A DNA stretch of 64,000 nt from Myxococcaceae bacterium. GTDB taxonomy: Bacteria > Myxococcota > UBA727 > JABDBI01. The DNA lies in assembly GCA_016000045.1 (NCBI GenBank), contig JAECQY010000003.1, positions 91 to 64,090 of the forward strand, given 5' to 3'. The notes under the pieces are model-generated. The model was not told where the DNA came from, searched no databases, and was given only the letters and a program-made list of their open reading frames with translations. Below are positions 1-9,534 of the stretch, one piece after another. A program made the position numbers and the translations under genes. The first letter of the stretch is position 1. Each line of letters begins with the position of its first letter.

Positions 1-426
1 GCCGTTGCTCAGGCTTCTCAGGTGGCCGCCAGTATGACACCTATCCATGCGCCTGGAGTCGTCCGTACCCAAGCGATGCGAGTGGATCCGCTCAGGCGAG
101 TTGGTGATTGGTATCGAGGCCCGCGCGATGCCCGAGATATCCCTGCTCTGGAATGGGACCGTAAGAGTCCTAAGGCAATGACTTTTGAAGAAGCCAAAGC
201 TTATGCAGCGAGTCGTTCGTCGGAAGGATGGCGGCTGCCAACGATTTGGGAATTAGAGGCGCTGTATCAACAACGAGGTGCAGTAGAAAAACAAGATGGC
301 GATGTGTATTGGTCTGGCACTCCAGTTGAGGGTAATGCTCCTCTCGCGTGGATCGTCGATTTCTATGGTGGCTACGTCTACGGCATTGTTATGGGCAATT
401 CTGGCTATGTCCGTTGCGCGCGTTGA
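1..426 (+). CDS. DUF1566 (Lcl C-terminal-like) domain protein, C-terminal fragment; gene begins upstream of the window
   Basis: Frame 1 is open from nt 1 with no stop before the listed Met. The translation carries the DUF1566 signature: GWRLPTIWELEALY...YWSGT...AWIVDF..G.V then terminal VRCAR. Three other genes in the window end in VRCVR. Confidence 0.7.
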   Translation, partial: AVAQASQVAASMTPIHAPGVVRTQAMRVDPLRRVGDWYRGPRDARDIPALEWDRKSPKAMTFEEAKAYAASRSSEGWRLPTIWELEALYQQRGAVEKQDGDVYWSGTPVEGNAPLAWIVDFYGGYVYGIVMGNSGYVRCAR

Positions 427-926
427 GGATGGGATGTTGACGCTTTGACTTTTGGTCCTTTAGACTTTTTTCTTGCGCGACCGAAGGTCCGCGCACCAGG
501 CGGAGCCTGGTAGCAGGAATGTCGGGAGAGCGATGGTCGCCTTAAAATCGCATCGAATGCGATGATGGATGTGCAAAACAGATGCAAGGCTTCGGGTGTG
601 GACTCAGCTAGGCGTTACGATCAGGTTGAGGACACGCCTTAGTTTCATGGAACAAAAGTAGACTAGGCTTCTCTCATCATCGATGCCCTTCGGAAGCGTT
701 CAAAACAATCTCGCTGCTTTTGAAGATCGGATTGAGCCGGAGGAGCGGCGGCCTGTTTTAAGGTTCGATGCATTTGTTCATGGCGTCCATGCTGCTGCGG
801 TTTTCCAGGCGCAAAATTCTTGAGAGACCGCGTCACGGCCCCCCAGTTCGAAGCTTCCATAGATCAGAGTCTCAAACCTTTGTCGATTGGGGTTTTGTCA
901 CGATATTCCGAACGGAATACGAAATT

Positions 927-966
927 TACCCCCAATTTTAGCCAAACTCAAATTGAGGACACACCC
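927..966. repeat. Conserved ~40-bp intergenic element (ccccaattttagCcaaaCTCAAATTGAGgacacAccctaa) containing the 11-bp palindrome CTCAAATTGAG; copy 1
   Basis: About 38/40 nt identical to the element at 34785-34826. A partial third match (ttgaggacacgcc) lies at 625-645. Confidence 0.6.
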
Positions 967-1101
967 TAATTCAACGTGAACGGATCTGGAGTAGGGGTCA
1001 AAAACGGCTGCGACAATAAACGCAACCACAATTGCGTTGCGAAGCTCATCGCTTTGCTAGAGCGGCCACAAAGACGAGCAAGAGTTCAAAAAAGCCAATT
1101 C

Positions 1102-1914
1102 CTAGCATGGCCAAGTTTCAGGAGTTACTGGAAATCTAGGAAACGTTGCGTCAAGAGGAAGCTCTGCATGGCTCAGAGTATCAGGGTAGTAAACTTCTTC
1201 TAGGCTTAGGCCATGGGCCGGGGCCGTTGGGCCCGCCAATTGACGATCACGCGAATCTCGGATGCGGCAAAGATCCTGGGCATCGCGCTTTCCCATTCCA
1301 ACTTCGACTAGAGTGCCGACCATGATGCGAACCATATTGTGGCAAAAAGCATTTCCACGAATATCAATATGAACCTCAGGAGTGATTCGAATCAACCAAA
1401 GATAGCGCCGCGCATGCTCTGCTGTGCAATGAACGGAACGAAAACTTTCGTAGTCGTGGTCTCCAACTAAATAGTTTGCCGCCTCTTGCATGGCTTCCAA
1501 ATTTAAAGGCTGACGGATATCCCAGGCAAAAAGTCGGTTAAAGGGATTTAATTTTGCTTGCTGACTAATGCGATAGACATAGCGCTTACCAATGGATTGC
1601 CGCTTGGCATCAAAACCCACATGCATGCGATCCGCTCGGTAGACTTTAATATTGGGGCCGACAAAATGAGAAAGGGCTGCAGGGAGAGTCCGCTCATCAA
1701 ATCGACTGTAGAATTGGCAAGAGACAACTTGGCCACGAGCATGAACGCCCGCATCGGTTCGACCCGCAGGGGTTAATCGAGGACGCTCTCCCAGCAATTG
1801 CTCAAAGGCATCGGAGAGCTTCGACTCGATGGTTTCGAGTCCAGGTTGGTGCTGATAACCTGCATATTGGGTCCCCAGGTAAGAAATCCATAGACGCCAG
1901 GTGTTAAGCTGCAT
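1102..1914 (-). CDS. truA: tRNA pseudouridine(38-40) synthase TruA
   Basis: ISYLGTQYAGYQHQPG, GRTDAGVHARGQVVS and overall TruA layout. Start chosen at MQLNTW (cat at 1912-1914); the track ORF extends to 1932. Confidence 0.9.
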   Translation of the reverse strand: MQLNTWRLWISYLGTQYAGYQHQPGLETIESKLSDAFEQLLGERPRLTPAGRTDAGVHARGQVVSCQFYSRFDERTLPAALSHFVGPNIKVYRADRMHVGFDAKRQSIGKRYVYRISQQAKLNPFNRLFAWDIRQPLNLEAMQEAANYLVGDHDYESFRSVHCTAEHARRYLWLIRITPEVHIDIRGNAFCHNMVRIMVGTLVEVGMGKRDAQDLCRIRDSRDRQLAGPTAPAHGLSLEEVYYPDTLSHAELPLDATFPRFPVTPETWPC

Positions 1915-2116
1915 GCCCCTTTTTATCCCCATAGACGCGACCCGAAATGTCGTCGGCTTGCTGCGCCAAATCTGGGAGTGCTTGAAGGTGCTGTTGCAAT
2001 TCTTTTTGGGTCATTTTCTGATTGGTTACAAAACGGTGCATCACACGCTTGTCAAACTGCAAGGGATCGATTTTCTTCTTCTCTGCCATCTTGAGGAGGC
2101 TCATACCACACCACAT
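1904..2116 (-). CDS. small hypothetical protein (about 60-70 aa) between hpt and truA
   Basis: Same strand as flanking genes and tightly packed (overlaps truA start by ~11 nt). No family recognised. Confidence 0.3.
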   Translation of the reverse strand: MWCGMSLLKMAEKKKIDPLQFDKRVMHRFVTNQKMTQKELQQHLQALPDLAQQADDISGRVYGDKKGHAA

Positions 2117-2138
2117 CTCAATAGCAAGGAAGGCTTGT

Positions 2139-2660
2139 TTACTCTACAACACCTACAAAAGGCAAATTCCTCATGGTTTGGCTCCAATCTAAGCCGTAGC
2201 CTACAACAAAACGATCCGGTATTTGAAATCCGCAAAAATCAATCAAGATAGTGCCATTATTTTGAGTGGGTTTTTCAAGCAAGGAGCAGAGTGAAAGACT
2301 CGCAGGAGAACGAGAACGAAGGTTTTCAAGAAGATAGCGCGCTGTGAGACCAGTATCAACGATGTCTTCAACGATCAAAACGTGACGGTTTTGGATCGGA
2401 CGCGTTAAATCTTGAGTAATTTGGACCACTCCAGAGCTTTTGGTTGCTTCTCCATAAGAAGAGACTCCCATGAACTCGATTTCCTGAGAAAGTGTAATTT
2501 GCCTGCATAAATCGGCTAAAAATAGAAAGGAGCCTTTGAGAACTCCAATCAAGACCAAGGGCTCTGAAAGCTCTTGGTAGTGTTCAGAAATTTGTTTTCC
2601 AAGTTCCGCAATTCGTTTTTGAAGTTGTTCTTCAGAGATTAAAACATTTACAGTAGGCAT
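2139..2660 (-). CDS. hpt: hypoxanthine phosphoribosyltransferase
   Basis: [17 protein letters not shown]-binding motif; ~173 aa; ATG confirmed at 2658-2660. Confidence 0.9.
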   Translation of the reverse strand: MPTVNVLISEEQLQKRIAELGKQISEHYQELSEPLVLIGVLKGSFLFLADLCRQITLSQEIEFMGVSSYGEATKSSGVVQITQDLTRPIQNRHVLIVEDIVDTGLTARYLLENLRSRSPASLSLCSLLEKPTQNNGTILIDFCGFQIPDRFVVGYGLDWSQTMRNLPFVGVVE

Positions 2661-2731
2661 TATTTACGATCTCCACAAATCTGCTCCAAGCGAGCAGAGT
2701 AGGATGTGCCTACAGGCGTATCCAGACTTGG

Positions 2732-3952
2732 TCAACAATGTTCTTGGCTTTTGGATCGAAGGCCAGCCCCAGCGCAGTTAAGTCTGCTGGCTAACTGTTG
2801 CCAAGGAGCAAAAGAGTCTTGCCGCGTCAGCATAGGCGCTAATACGCGGATCATCGATTGCGTGACTTCTTGGTTTGGAAATGCAAGTTGATAGAGGGCA
2901 CTTTCCGAGTCATAGTTCCGAATGGTTAAATAACCGGTTTGAAACAATAGCGTCGGGAGTTGAATCTGCTCAACATCAAAGGCTCCTAGGTCTTCGCTCG
3001 ATAACACAAGATTCTCTAAATCTAAGATAGGGTAGCTTTTCTCTTGAATGAGCTTAACGAGGAAACTGGGCGTGCCCGTTTGAGACCAGTAGTCTTCAAA
3101 CTGTCCTCGATTAAGGGCTTTTAAGACCGAGCAGGGGTTATAAACCTTCTTCTCGGAGTAAGGAGAAAATCGATAGCCATTGTACCACTCCTGCAATGTT
3201 AAGTAGAGTTTCTCCAAGGAGCATCGATGTTTATGGGCGACGGCTTGGATGTGCTCTGAGAAATAAAGCCTCAATTCTTCAGGCTCGATTCCCAAGAGTG
3301 TGGCTGCTTGTTCGCTTAGGGTTAAGTCTTCTAGGTTATTAATACCGGAAAAGATGGATGTTTTATTAAACTTGGTGACGCCAGTGAGAAAAACAAAGCG
3401 TAGATGGCAATCTAATGCTTTGATAACTCCATAAAAGGACTTCAGAATCGCTCGCATAGCCTCTGCAATGTGTGGACGGTCGATATGTGCGAGCATCGGC
3501 GCGTCGTATTCGTCGATCAACAGCACCACGGAGCTTTGGCTGGAAAGCGCCTCTATCAAAGTAGACAAACAAGCCGCAGGAGTTGCTGCAGAAGCGAGGC
3601 TGATATCGAGATTCTGCGCAATGCGTTCTAACTTTTGCAGGAGGTCTCTTTCAAAGCGCTCCGGAGTGCTCATGTCCATTTCGACCAGGCTGATGCGCAA
3701 GACGGGGTGTTTAGGCCAGCTGTAATCACTCTGGCTTATCCAAAGACCTTGAAACAGCTCTCGATTGCCTAAAAAAATTTGCTCTAAGGTTGAAATCAGT
3801 AAGGTTTTTCCAAAACGTCTGGGCCTTGAGAGAAAGAAATTTTCTCCTGAACCGGTTAGGAGATGATAAAGCTGCTTGGTCTTGTCAACGTAAACGCAGT
3901 TGTTTTTAATGAGTTTCGGAAAATCAGCCGTATTATCAGGAAGGCGCTTCAC
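2732..3952 (-). CDS. AAA-ATPase-like / PD-(D/E)XK nuclease family protein (DUF1703-type 'predicted AAA-ATPase')
   Basis: N-terminus MKRLPDNTADFPKLIKNNCVYVDKTKQLYHLL...FLSRPRRFGKTLLISTLEQIF matches the AAA-ATPase_like (PF09820-type) signature from memory. GTG start at 3952. The C-terminal tail runs into the repeat at 2797-2866. Confidence 0.8.
   Translation of the reverse strand: MKRLPDNTADFPKLIKNNCVYVDKTKQLYHLLTGSGENFFLSRPRRFGKTLLISTLEQIFLGNRELFQGLWISQSDYSWPKHPVLRISLVEMDMSTPERFERDLLQKLERIAQNLDISLASAATPAACLSTLIEALSSQSSVVLLIDEYDAPMLAHIDRPHIAEAMRAILKSFYGVIKALDCHLRFVFLTGVTKFNKTSIFSGINNLEDLTLSEQAATLLGIEPEELRLYFSEHIQAVAHKHRCSLEKLYLTLQEWYNGYRFSPYSEKKVYNPCSVLKALNRGQFEDYWSQTGTPSFLVKLIQEKSYPILDLENLVLSSEDLGAFDVEQIQLPTLLFQTGYLTIRNYDSESALYQLAFPNQEVTQSMIRVLAPMLTRQDSFAPWQQLASRLNCAGAGLRSKSQEHC
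2797..2866. repeat. ~65-70-bp direct repeat, copy A (inside the 3' end of the AAA-ATPase-like gene)
   Basis: gttgccaaggagcaaaagagtcttgccgcgtcagcataggcgcta... Nearly identical over ~45 nt to 4002-4066. Encodes TQSMIRVLAPMLTRQDSFAPWQQ on the minus strand. Confidence 0.75.
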
Positions 3953-4001
3953 GCATGTGGTTTAGCTGGAGTAGATGAGGATGTAAAGATGCGACTAGAG
4001 G

Positions 4002-4066
4002 GTTGCCAAGGAGCAAAAGAGTTTTGCCGCGTCAGCATAGGCGCTACACGCATCATCGACTGAGTG
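4002..4066 (-). pseudogene. Degraded copy of the 3' end of an AAA-ATPase/PD-(D/E)XK paralogue (direct repeat copy B)
   Basis: Minus-strand translation gives TDTQSMMRVAPMLTRQNSFAPWQ, the same peptide as the C-terminus of the intact gene. It then diverges by 1- and 2-nt indels. Lies 50 bp upstream of the intact gene's start. Confidence 0.5.
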
Positions 4067-4235
4067 TCCGTGTTCGAACACGCATGAGCTTAAAAGGGCT
4101 ACTCTTTATCGCTTGCCATTTTTCTAAGTTGGCGGGAATGGCTGCTTAAATTGTAAACTATCTTGCACTATCAAAACTTACTTGTTAGCCCTCGAGCATA
4201 GCCTAAATTTTTGTTAAAATTATTTGGAGTGTTAG

Positions 4236-5723
4236 GTGGCGTTGTTTGTTTTCGCTATTATCTTTGCGAGCTCTTGGGGAGTTGCTTCGACTGATTCGAG
4301 TTTGTTTTGCAATAATTTTTCTGTGCAGCTCTATCTTACCTCTGCCTCTGAAAAAGCCCTTCCTGAGCCTGTGCTTCCAGTTTTGCTAACGGACATAACT
4401 GAAAATGGGGTTGCGGTATCGACAGTAGCGGGTGCTGTGGCGATGGTGGACCCCACACAGATCGCTCAGAATGCTCGTTCTGGGTTGACAGTGGATTTGC
4501 TGAGCTGCAACGAAGCCTTGTCAGTCCAAGCGGGTCCACTACCTTGGGCCAGCAGTCCGACTCGCTTGGCTTTAGGAGACGATTGGCTTCGGTATGACGA
4601 AGGCGCTGTCATAGGAAACTGGGTCTTAATGACGGGTGTACTCGTTATCGGCGCGGGAGTGGCTCATAAAATGGGCTTTGAAGTGGTACAATTTCCAGGT
4701 GCACTCATTTTGCCAACCTTCTTCTTGATTTCTTCCACCTTTGCTTCTTCGATAGCACTCCTGCGAGAGGGTGCTCCGGGTCAACAAGCAATTGGTTGCT
4801 TGTCAATGTCTGCTTCATTGGTGGGCATTAGCATCGTTGCGCTGAGGCTATCCCCTCGATTTTTCCAAGCTCAATGGGATGAGGAAAATTGTGTATGGGT
4901 CGATCGAAGCGAAAGTCAAACAGGTTGGGTCCTTCGTTATGGGAAATTGTTTGATTCCTACATCAAGGGCAGGCAAGGCTATGTGGTGATCGAGTTGTTA
5001 ACTTCCATAGCCGTAGGCACTTTAAAGTCGTATCAAATTTTAGAGCAAAATTGTGCGACATTGCTATGGTCAGGAGCTGCCGTTTACGATCTTTATGCTC
5101 TCTCACAAATAGCTCTGCATCCCCATCGAGATCGATATGCGCAAATTTTTTACAGCACAGTTGCTACACTCCAAGCAGTGGCATTAACCACGCAAGCCAT
5201 CGCTTCGGTGTCCAGCTCGGAAGAGACGCAAGAGCAAGTTAAAGTGGTCACTCAATCAATCGTTACAGCAACTCGGTACGTGATGATGGTTAAAACCCTG
5301 CTCGGGGTTGGATTGCGAGCTAAAGACTGGTTCGATCGCTTTCGCCAGTCAAGGCTCGCTCCACCTTTATCTTTAGAGCCAGAAAAGCTATTGAAAGAAG
5401 CACTGCCCGAAGTTTCGGTTTTCCCTTCCACGGAACCCTTGGTAAATCTACTGCTTTCGGATCAGGGCCCAGAGTTGTTAGCTGTAGACGAAGGGAGCTC
5501 GATTGAGCAAGAGTTACGGTCAATGCAGGAGGTATTGTCTGCCGATACATCTTTACGAAGTGAAGAAGGATTGCAGCCGACCCTCATGGTCCAAGATCCT
5601 TTTTCATTCGGATTAAGCTCTATTCATGCCACTCCGAGAACTTTGAATGAAGCTATTGAGCATACCGATTATCATTTGAAAACCGACGAAATGTTGCCAA
5701 TAAATCTGGAGAAACCACTTTGA
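4236..5723 (+). CDS. hypothetical polytopic membrane protein
   Basis: 495-aa ORF with several hydrophobic helices (e.g. GNWVLMTGVLVIGAGVAH, ILPTFFLISSTFASSIALL). GTG start. Its stop overlaps the start of the next gene (TTGA). Confidence 0.6.
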   Translation: MALFVFAIIFASSWGVASTDSSLFCNNFSVQLYLTSASEKALPEPVLPVLLTDITENGVAVSTVAGAVAMVDPTQIAQNARSGLTVDLLSCNEALSVQAGPLPWASSPTRLALGDDWLRYDEGAVIGNWVLMTGVLVIGAGVAHKMGFEVVQFPGALILPTFFLISSTFASSIALLREGAPGQQAIGCLSMSASLVGISIVALRLSPRFFQAQWDEENCVWVDRSESQTGWVLRYGKLFDSYIKGRQGYVVIELLTSIAVGTLKSYQILEQNCATLLWSGAAVYDLYALSQIALHPHRDRYAQIFYSTVATLQAVALTTQAIASVSSSEETQEQVKVVTQSIVTATRYVMMVKTLLGVGLRAKDWFDRFRQSRLAPPLSLEPEKLLKEALPEVSVFPSTEPLVNLLLSDQGPELLAVDEGSSIEQELRSMQEVLSADTSLRSEEGLQPTLMVQDPFSFGLSSIHATPRTLNEAIEHTDYHLKTDEMLPINLEKPL

Positions 5724-6616
5724 ACAATAAATTAGTGCTTTGTTTTTTGCTGCTCAATCACTTTGGATTCGCTGGATATTTCCACGAAACGAATGTATCC
5801 GATACGGTAGCCAATGAAGCACTAATTCGATTGATTTCGAATAAAACACTTCCTGAGAAAGAGCAGAAAGGATTGATGTCAGTAGGTCTTCATGCGCTGT
5901 TGCAATACCTTTCGCCACAGATTCAAGCGATGCCTGATTACGTCGGTCGATTTCGGGCGAACTGCTCGCTTTTTATGAACTTTCGTATCGAAAAAGTGTC
6001 CTGCGATGTGACATGGACTTGGGCTGAAATGAAAGCCATTGGCTATAACTTGAGTGCGAATTTTCATTTGCCTTCGGAATACCTGGAACAGATCCGACAA
6101 AGCGATATTATGCTGGTCAATATTGATGCGGATTGGAGTGGCAAAACGACAGCTTACTCGGAACAATATGCGTTGGGTCAATTTACTCGAACACTGCCTT
6201 GCGCATTGACAGCGAGTGTGACGGGGCCCTCTGAAACTACGACTGAATGGCTCAGTTCGAGCAAAAGCCAAAACTCCTCTCAAACACCGAGTGAAAGTTT
6301 AAGCAAATCATGGGATTTCAGCGCAACAACCTTTATTTCGCGTTCCAAAACCGCCAGCAGAATTTTGACGAACTCAAACGCGAGCTTAAGTCTAGGCTGT
6401 AGCAATAGTGTCACCGATACCGCTTCTGAAACCTTCGTCAGCAGTTTTAGTACAACTCCAAGTTTCACTCAAATCCAAGCTACCGGCTCACCTTCCAGGT
6501 CAACGTTGTTTGCTCGTCTCAGCTTGACTTTGCTAAATTCTGAAAGCTTAAGCCAGAGTGACTTGCAGACTGGATCACATAGTTTCACTAACTGTACAAA
6601 TACTACGTGCCGGTAG
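5720..6616 (+). CDS. secreted protein of the window's paralogous family: conserved N-domain plus Ser/Thr-rich tail, no DUF1566 module
   Basis: Signal peptide MNNKLVLCFLLLNHFGFAG. N-domain aligns with 29329..31308 and 53519..56029 (LSPQIQAMPDYVGRFRANCSLFMNFRIEKVSCDV ... DWSGKT ... TLPCALTAS). TTG start overlaps the upstream stop. Confidence 0.65.
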   Translation: MNNKLVLCFLLLNHFGFAGYFHETNVSDTVANEALIRLISNKTLPEKEQKGLMSVGLHALLQYLSPQIQAMPDYVGRFRANCSLFMNFRIEKVSCDVTWTWAEMKAIGYNLSANFHLPSEYLEQIRQSDIMLVNIDADWSGKTTAYSEQYALGQFTRTLPCALTASVTGPSETTTEWLSSSKSQNSSQTPSESLSKSWDFSATTFISRSKTASRILTNSNASLSLGCSNSVTDTASETFVSSFSTTPSFTQIQATGSPSRSTLFARLSLTLLNSESLSQSDLQTGSHSFTNCTNTTCR

Positions 6617-6633
6617 AGTAGAAATCGGTAGAT

Positions 6634-7212
6634 TTAGGCATTCCCTTTATGATAGCAACAGCGGCAACGTGCTTCATAAGAATCGTTGGCTCCAACGAAA
6701 ACTTGACTTGTACTGCGATCTTTTAGACGAAAGCTTTTTGTTGCGGATGCTCCACATACAACACAAACGGCGCATTGTTTGGTCACCAGATCCGCAATCG
6801 CAAGCAGGTTTGGCATCGGGCCAAAAGGGCAACCGTCTGAGTCTTGATCCAGCCCGGATAGAATAACGCGGATGCCTGAATTCGCGAACTGTTCAACCAA
6901 AGGGATCAAGGAATGATCAAAAAACTGAGCCTCATCGATTCCAATCAGGTCGATTGGGCTTTGCAGCTGCTCAAGATATTGGACCATGTCATCGGGAGTT
7001 TCGATTGGAATCGAGGGAATCTTTTGAGCAGAGTGGCTGACAATTTGAATTTCATCGAAGCGGATATCGATTTTGGGCTTGAAAACGAGAATGCGTTGCT
7101 TGGCAATTTCGGCTCTTCTAAGCCTTCGGATCAGTTCCTCTGTTTTGCCAGAAAACATGGGCCCGCAGATGACTTCGATGACCCCGGTATTGAGTTGACG
7201 CATTGGTTCCAT
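6634..7212 (-). CDS. tdk: thymidine kinase
   Basis: [15 protein letters not shown]-loop. C-terminal Zn-ribbon CAVCVVCG...CRCCY. ~190 aa. Confidence 0.9.
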   Translation of the reverse strand: MEPMRQLNTGVIEVICGPMFSGKTEELIRRLRRAEIAKQRILVFKPKIDIRFDEIQIVSHSAQKIPSIPIETPDDMVQYLEQLQSPIDLIGIDEAQFFDHSLIPLVEQFANSGIRVILSGLDQDSDGCPFGPMPNLLAIADLVTKQCAVCVVCGASATKSFRLKDRSTSQVFVGANDSYEARCRCCYHKGNA

Positions 7213-7231
7213 GGTTCTAATAAGCCCTTAC

Positions 7232-8521
7232 ATGATCAAAAATATTTCGAATTGGGAAGGGCGGAAACTAACCTTAAACGGATGGCTTTACAATAAGCGC
7301 GGTTCTGGAAAAATTCAATTTTTGCAAATTCGAGATGGAACGGGTTTTATTCAAGCGGTGATGAGCCGGCAGGATGTATCCGAAGAGGCTTTTGAGTCTG
7401 CATCAAGCTTGTCGCAAGAGTCTTCCTTGCAAGTCACTGGCGTCGTTCGAAAAGACGAGCGAGCCCCTTATTGCGGCTATGAACTTCAAGTGACGGATTT
7501 CAAGGCCGTTTCTCGCTCCGAAGAATATCCAATTTCGAAGAAAGAACACGGAGATGCTTTTCTCATGGACCATCGGCATCTTTGGTTGCGTTCTAGGCGG
7601 CAGCACGCAATTTTGCGCATTCGTGCCACGATTATTAAGGCTTGCCGCGATTACCTAGACTCCAATCATTTTTTATTGGTCGATAGCCCCATTTTTACCC
7701 CGAACGCTTGCGAGGGAACCTCCACGCTTTTCGAAACGCAATGGTTTGATCAAAGAAAAGCCTACCTTTCTCAATCCGGGCAACTTTATCAAGAAGCCGC
7801 TTGCATGGCTTTTGGGAAGTCTTATTGCTTTGGCCCAACTTTTCGAGCAGAAAAAAGCAAAACACGCCGGCACTTGAATGAATTTTGGATGGTGGAGCCA
7901 GAAGCTGCATTTATGGATTTGGAAGGCGATATTCAGCTTGCCGAAGATTTTTTATGCTTCGTGGTTGAACGAGTTTTGAACCAGCACGAACAGGAACTCG
8001 TCGAGATTCTTGAGCGTGATTTAACAGTCGTCAAGAATACCCAAAAGCCGTTTCCAAGATTGCATTACCAAGATGCAGTGCATAAAATCCAAGAACTTGG
8101 GATGGAAATTGAGATGGGAGGCGATTTTGGAGCTCCTCATGAAACCGAACTGACGAAACAGTATGATCGGCCTTTAATCGTCACGCATTTCCCAGCCGCG
8201 ATTAAAGCCTTTTATATGAAAAAAGATTCGGCGGATCCGACCTACGCTGCTTGTATGGATGTTTTAGCCCCAGAAGGCTATGGCGAGATTATTGGGGGCG
8301 GGCAGCGTGAGGAAAATTTGGATCTTCTCTTGCAAGAAATCGATCGACACGGTTTAAATCAAGCAGATTTTGAATGGTTTTTGGATCTCAGGCGCTACGG
8401 CTCCGTGCCACATGCCGGTTTTGGGATGGGAATTGAACGCTGTGTCGCTTGGATCTGCGGCCTGCATCATGTGCGAGAGACGATTCCATTCGCTCGCACG
8501 CTAGACCGACTCAGTCCATGA
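7232..8521 (+). CDS. asnS: asparagine--tRNA ligase
   Basis: Class IIb layout. C-terminus [16 protein letters not shown]...[34 protein letters not shown] matches AsnRS. Size ~430 aa. Start at MIKNIS; the track ORF starts at 7211. Confidence 0.9.
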   Translation: MIKNISNWEGRKLTLNGWLYNKRGSGKIQFLQIRDGTGFIQAVMSRQDVSEEAFESASSLSQESSLQVTGVVRKDERAPYCGYELQVTDFKAVSRSEEYPISKKEHGDAFLMDHRHLWLRSRRQHAILRIRATIIKACRDYLDSNHFLLVDSPIFTPNACEGTSTLFETQWFDQRKAYLSQSGQLYQEAACMAFGKSYCFGPTFRAEKSKTRRHLNEFWMVEPEAAFMDLEGDIQLAEDFLCFVVERVLNQHEQELVEILERDLTVVKNTQKPFPRLHYQDAVHKIQELGMEIEMGGDFGAPHETELTKQYDRPLIVTHFPAAIKAFYMKKDSADPTYAACMDVLAPEGYGEIIGGGQREENLDLLLQEIDRHGLNQADFEWFLDLRRYGSVPHAGFGMGIERCVAWICGLHHVRETIPFARTLDRLSP

Positions 8522-8532
8522 ACCTGTTTGAT

Positions 8533-9168
8533 TTAGTTGACCGGCGGGGGTGCTAAGCGGTTTTTACCTTGCAAAGCATCGTTAATCCGCTGCGCAAGTT
8601 CCTCTGATTCTGGCGAGTTATCTTTCGAGTGAACTCGAAAAAGCTTTCGATTGCGATCGCCTGTGATCACACGAAGCTCAAGAACGTCAGACACGCCTTC
8701 TAGAATTCGACCTAGGCCTTGAGGACTGGATTCAGGGCCCAGTTGTTCCAAGACTCGAGTCGTTCTTTCTGGGCTCATCCCGAGACGAGAAGCTGCTCGT
8801 TGAGGAGTTGCGAAAGAATCCAAATTTCTTTGAATCAAGGCAATTCGTTGCTCTACGTCTCTTAAGCCTGGGGCTTCTCGATTTCCATGATGGCGCAGCA
8901 AATACGCTTCGTAGAGAGCGACTGCCTGGCGAAACTGTTCTCGCAGAGAAGTGGTGGGACCTTCTCTTTGGACGGTTTGAAGCAATTGATTAAACCTGGT
9001 TTGATGCTGTGCAAGTCCGGTTCCGCGCAAAATAGACCAGGCGAGGGTTGCCGTTGCCCAAGCACCTTTCAAAAAGCCATTCGGATTTTCATTCTTTCGA
9101 GCTGCAAAACTGACTGAAGGCACGAGTAAACTGAAGGCGAAAGAGAGTGTGAATATTTTTCTAATCAT
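8533..9168 (-). CDS. hypothetical secreted protein
   Basis: Signal peptide MIRKIFTLSFAFSLLVPSVSFAA. First gene downstream in a 6-gene same-strand cluster. Confidence 0.5.
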   Translation of the reverse strand: MIRKIFTLSFAFSLLVPSVSFAARKNENPNGFLKGAWATATLAWSILRGTGLAQHQTRFNQLLQTVQREGPTTSLREQFRQAVALYEAYLLRHHGNREAPGLRDVEQRIALIQRNLDSFATPQRAASRLGMSPERTTRVLEQLGPESSPQGLGRILEGVSDVLELRVITGDRNRKLFRVHSKDNSPESEELAQRINDALQGKNRLAPPPVN

Positions 9169-9531
9169 TTATTTGGCTCCAATTTGTTTGAGCTCTTGAT
9201 GGGCTGCCCAGCATAAAGACACACTGGCCGCAATAACAGCGACAAATCCGACCGCTCCAACCAACAGCTTCTCCTGGCTAAGGTAACCTTTTTCTGAAAG
9301 AGCTTTGGGTGATTCTGTCAAGGGCTCGTGCTTCACTTCGAACTTGATGAGTGATTTCAGGTCGGGCTTTGGAGTCGCCTCTGAGCAGGTATCGGCATCC
9401 AAAGGGATTTGATCTTCTGCACACAAAATCCAGCATTCCTGATCACTTTCATTCCAGCGATAAGCATCCGCACATTCATCCGCGAACAAAGAAAAAGCAA
9501 ATAGAAAATTAATTACTAAAAAAGATTTCAT
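9169..9531 (-). CDS. hypothetical small envelope protein (signal peptide plus C-terminal TM helix)
   Basis: MKSFLVINFLFAFSLFA signal. C-terminal LLVGAVGFVAVIAASVSLCWAA helix. Stop abuts the next start. Confidence 0.5.
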   Translation of the reverse strand: MKSFLVINFLFAFSLFADECADAYRWNESDQECWILCAEDQIPLDADTCSEATPKPDLKSLIKFEVKHEPLTESPKALSEKGYLSQEKLLVGAVGFVAVIAASVSLCWAAHQELKQIGAK

Positions 9532-9534
9532 TTA

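Noticed and set aside
430-1100. Possible tmRNA, RNase P RNA or SRP RNA in the gene-poor interval
   Set aside because: None of the hallmark conserved stretches (RNase P GGAAAGUCCGG, tmRNA tag reading frame and 5' GGGG, SRP domain IV consensus) could be found by eye. Left only as a generic sRNA possibility.
6558-6866. 102-aa plus-strand ORF after the truncated family member
   Set aside because: Overlaps the clearly identified tdk on the other strand.
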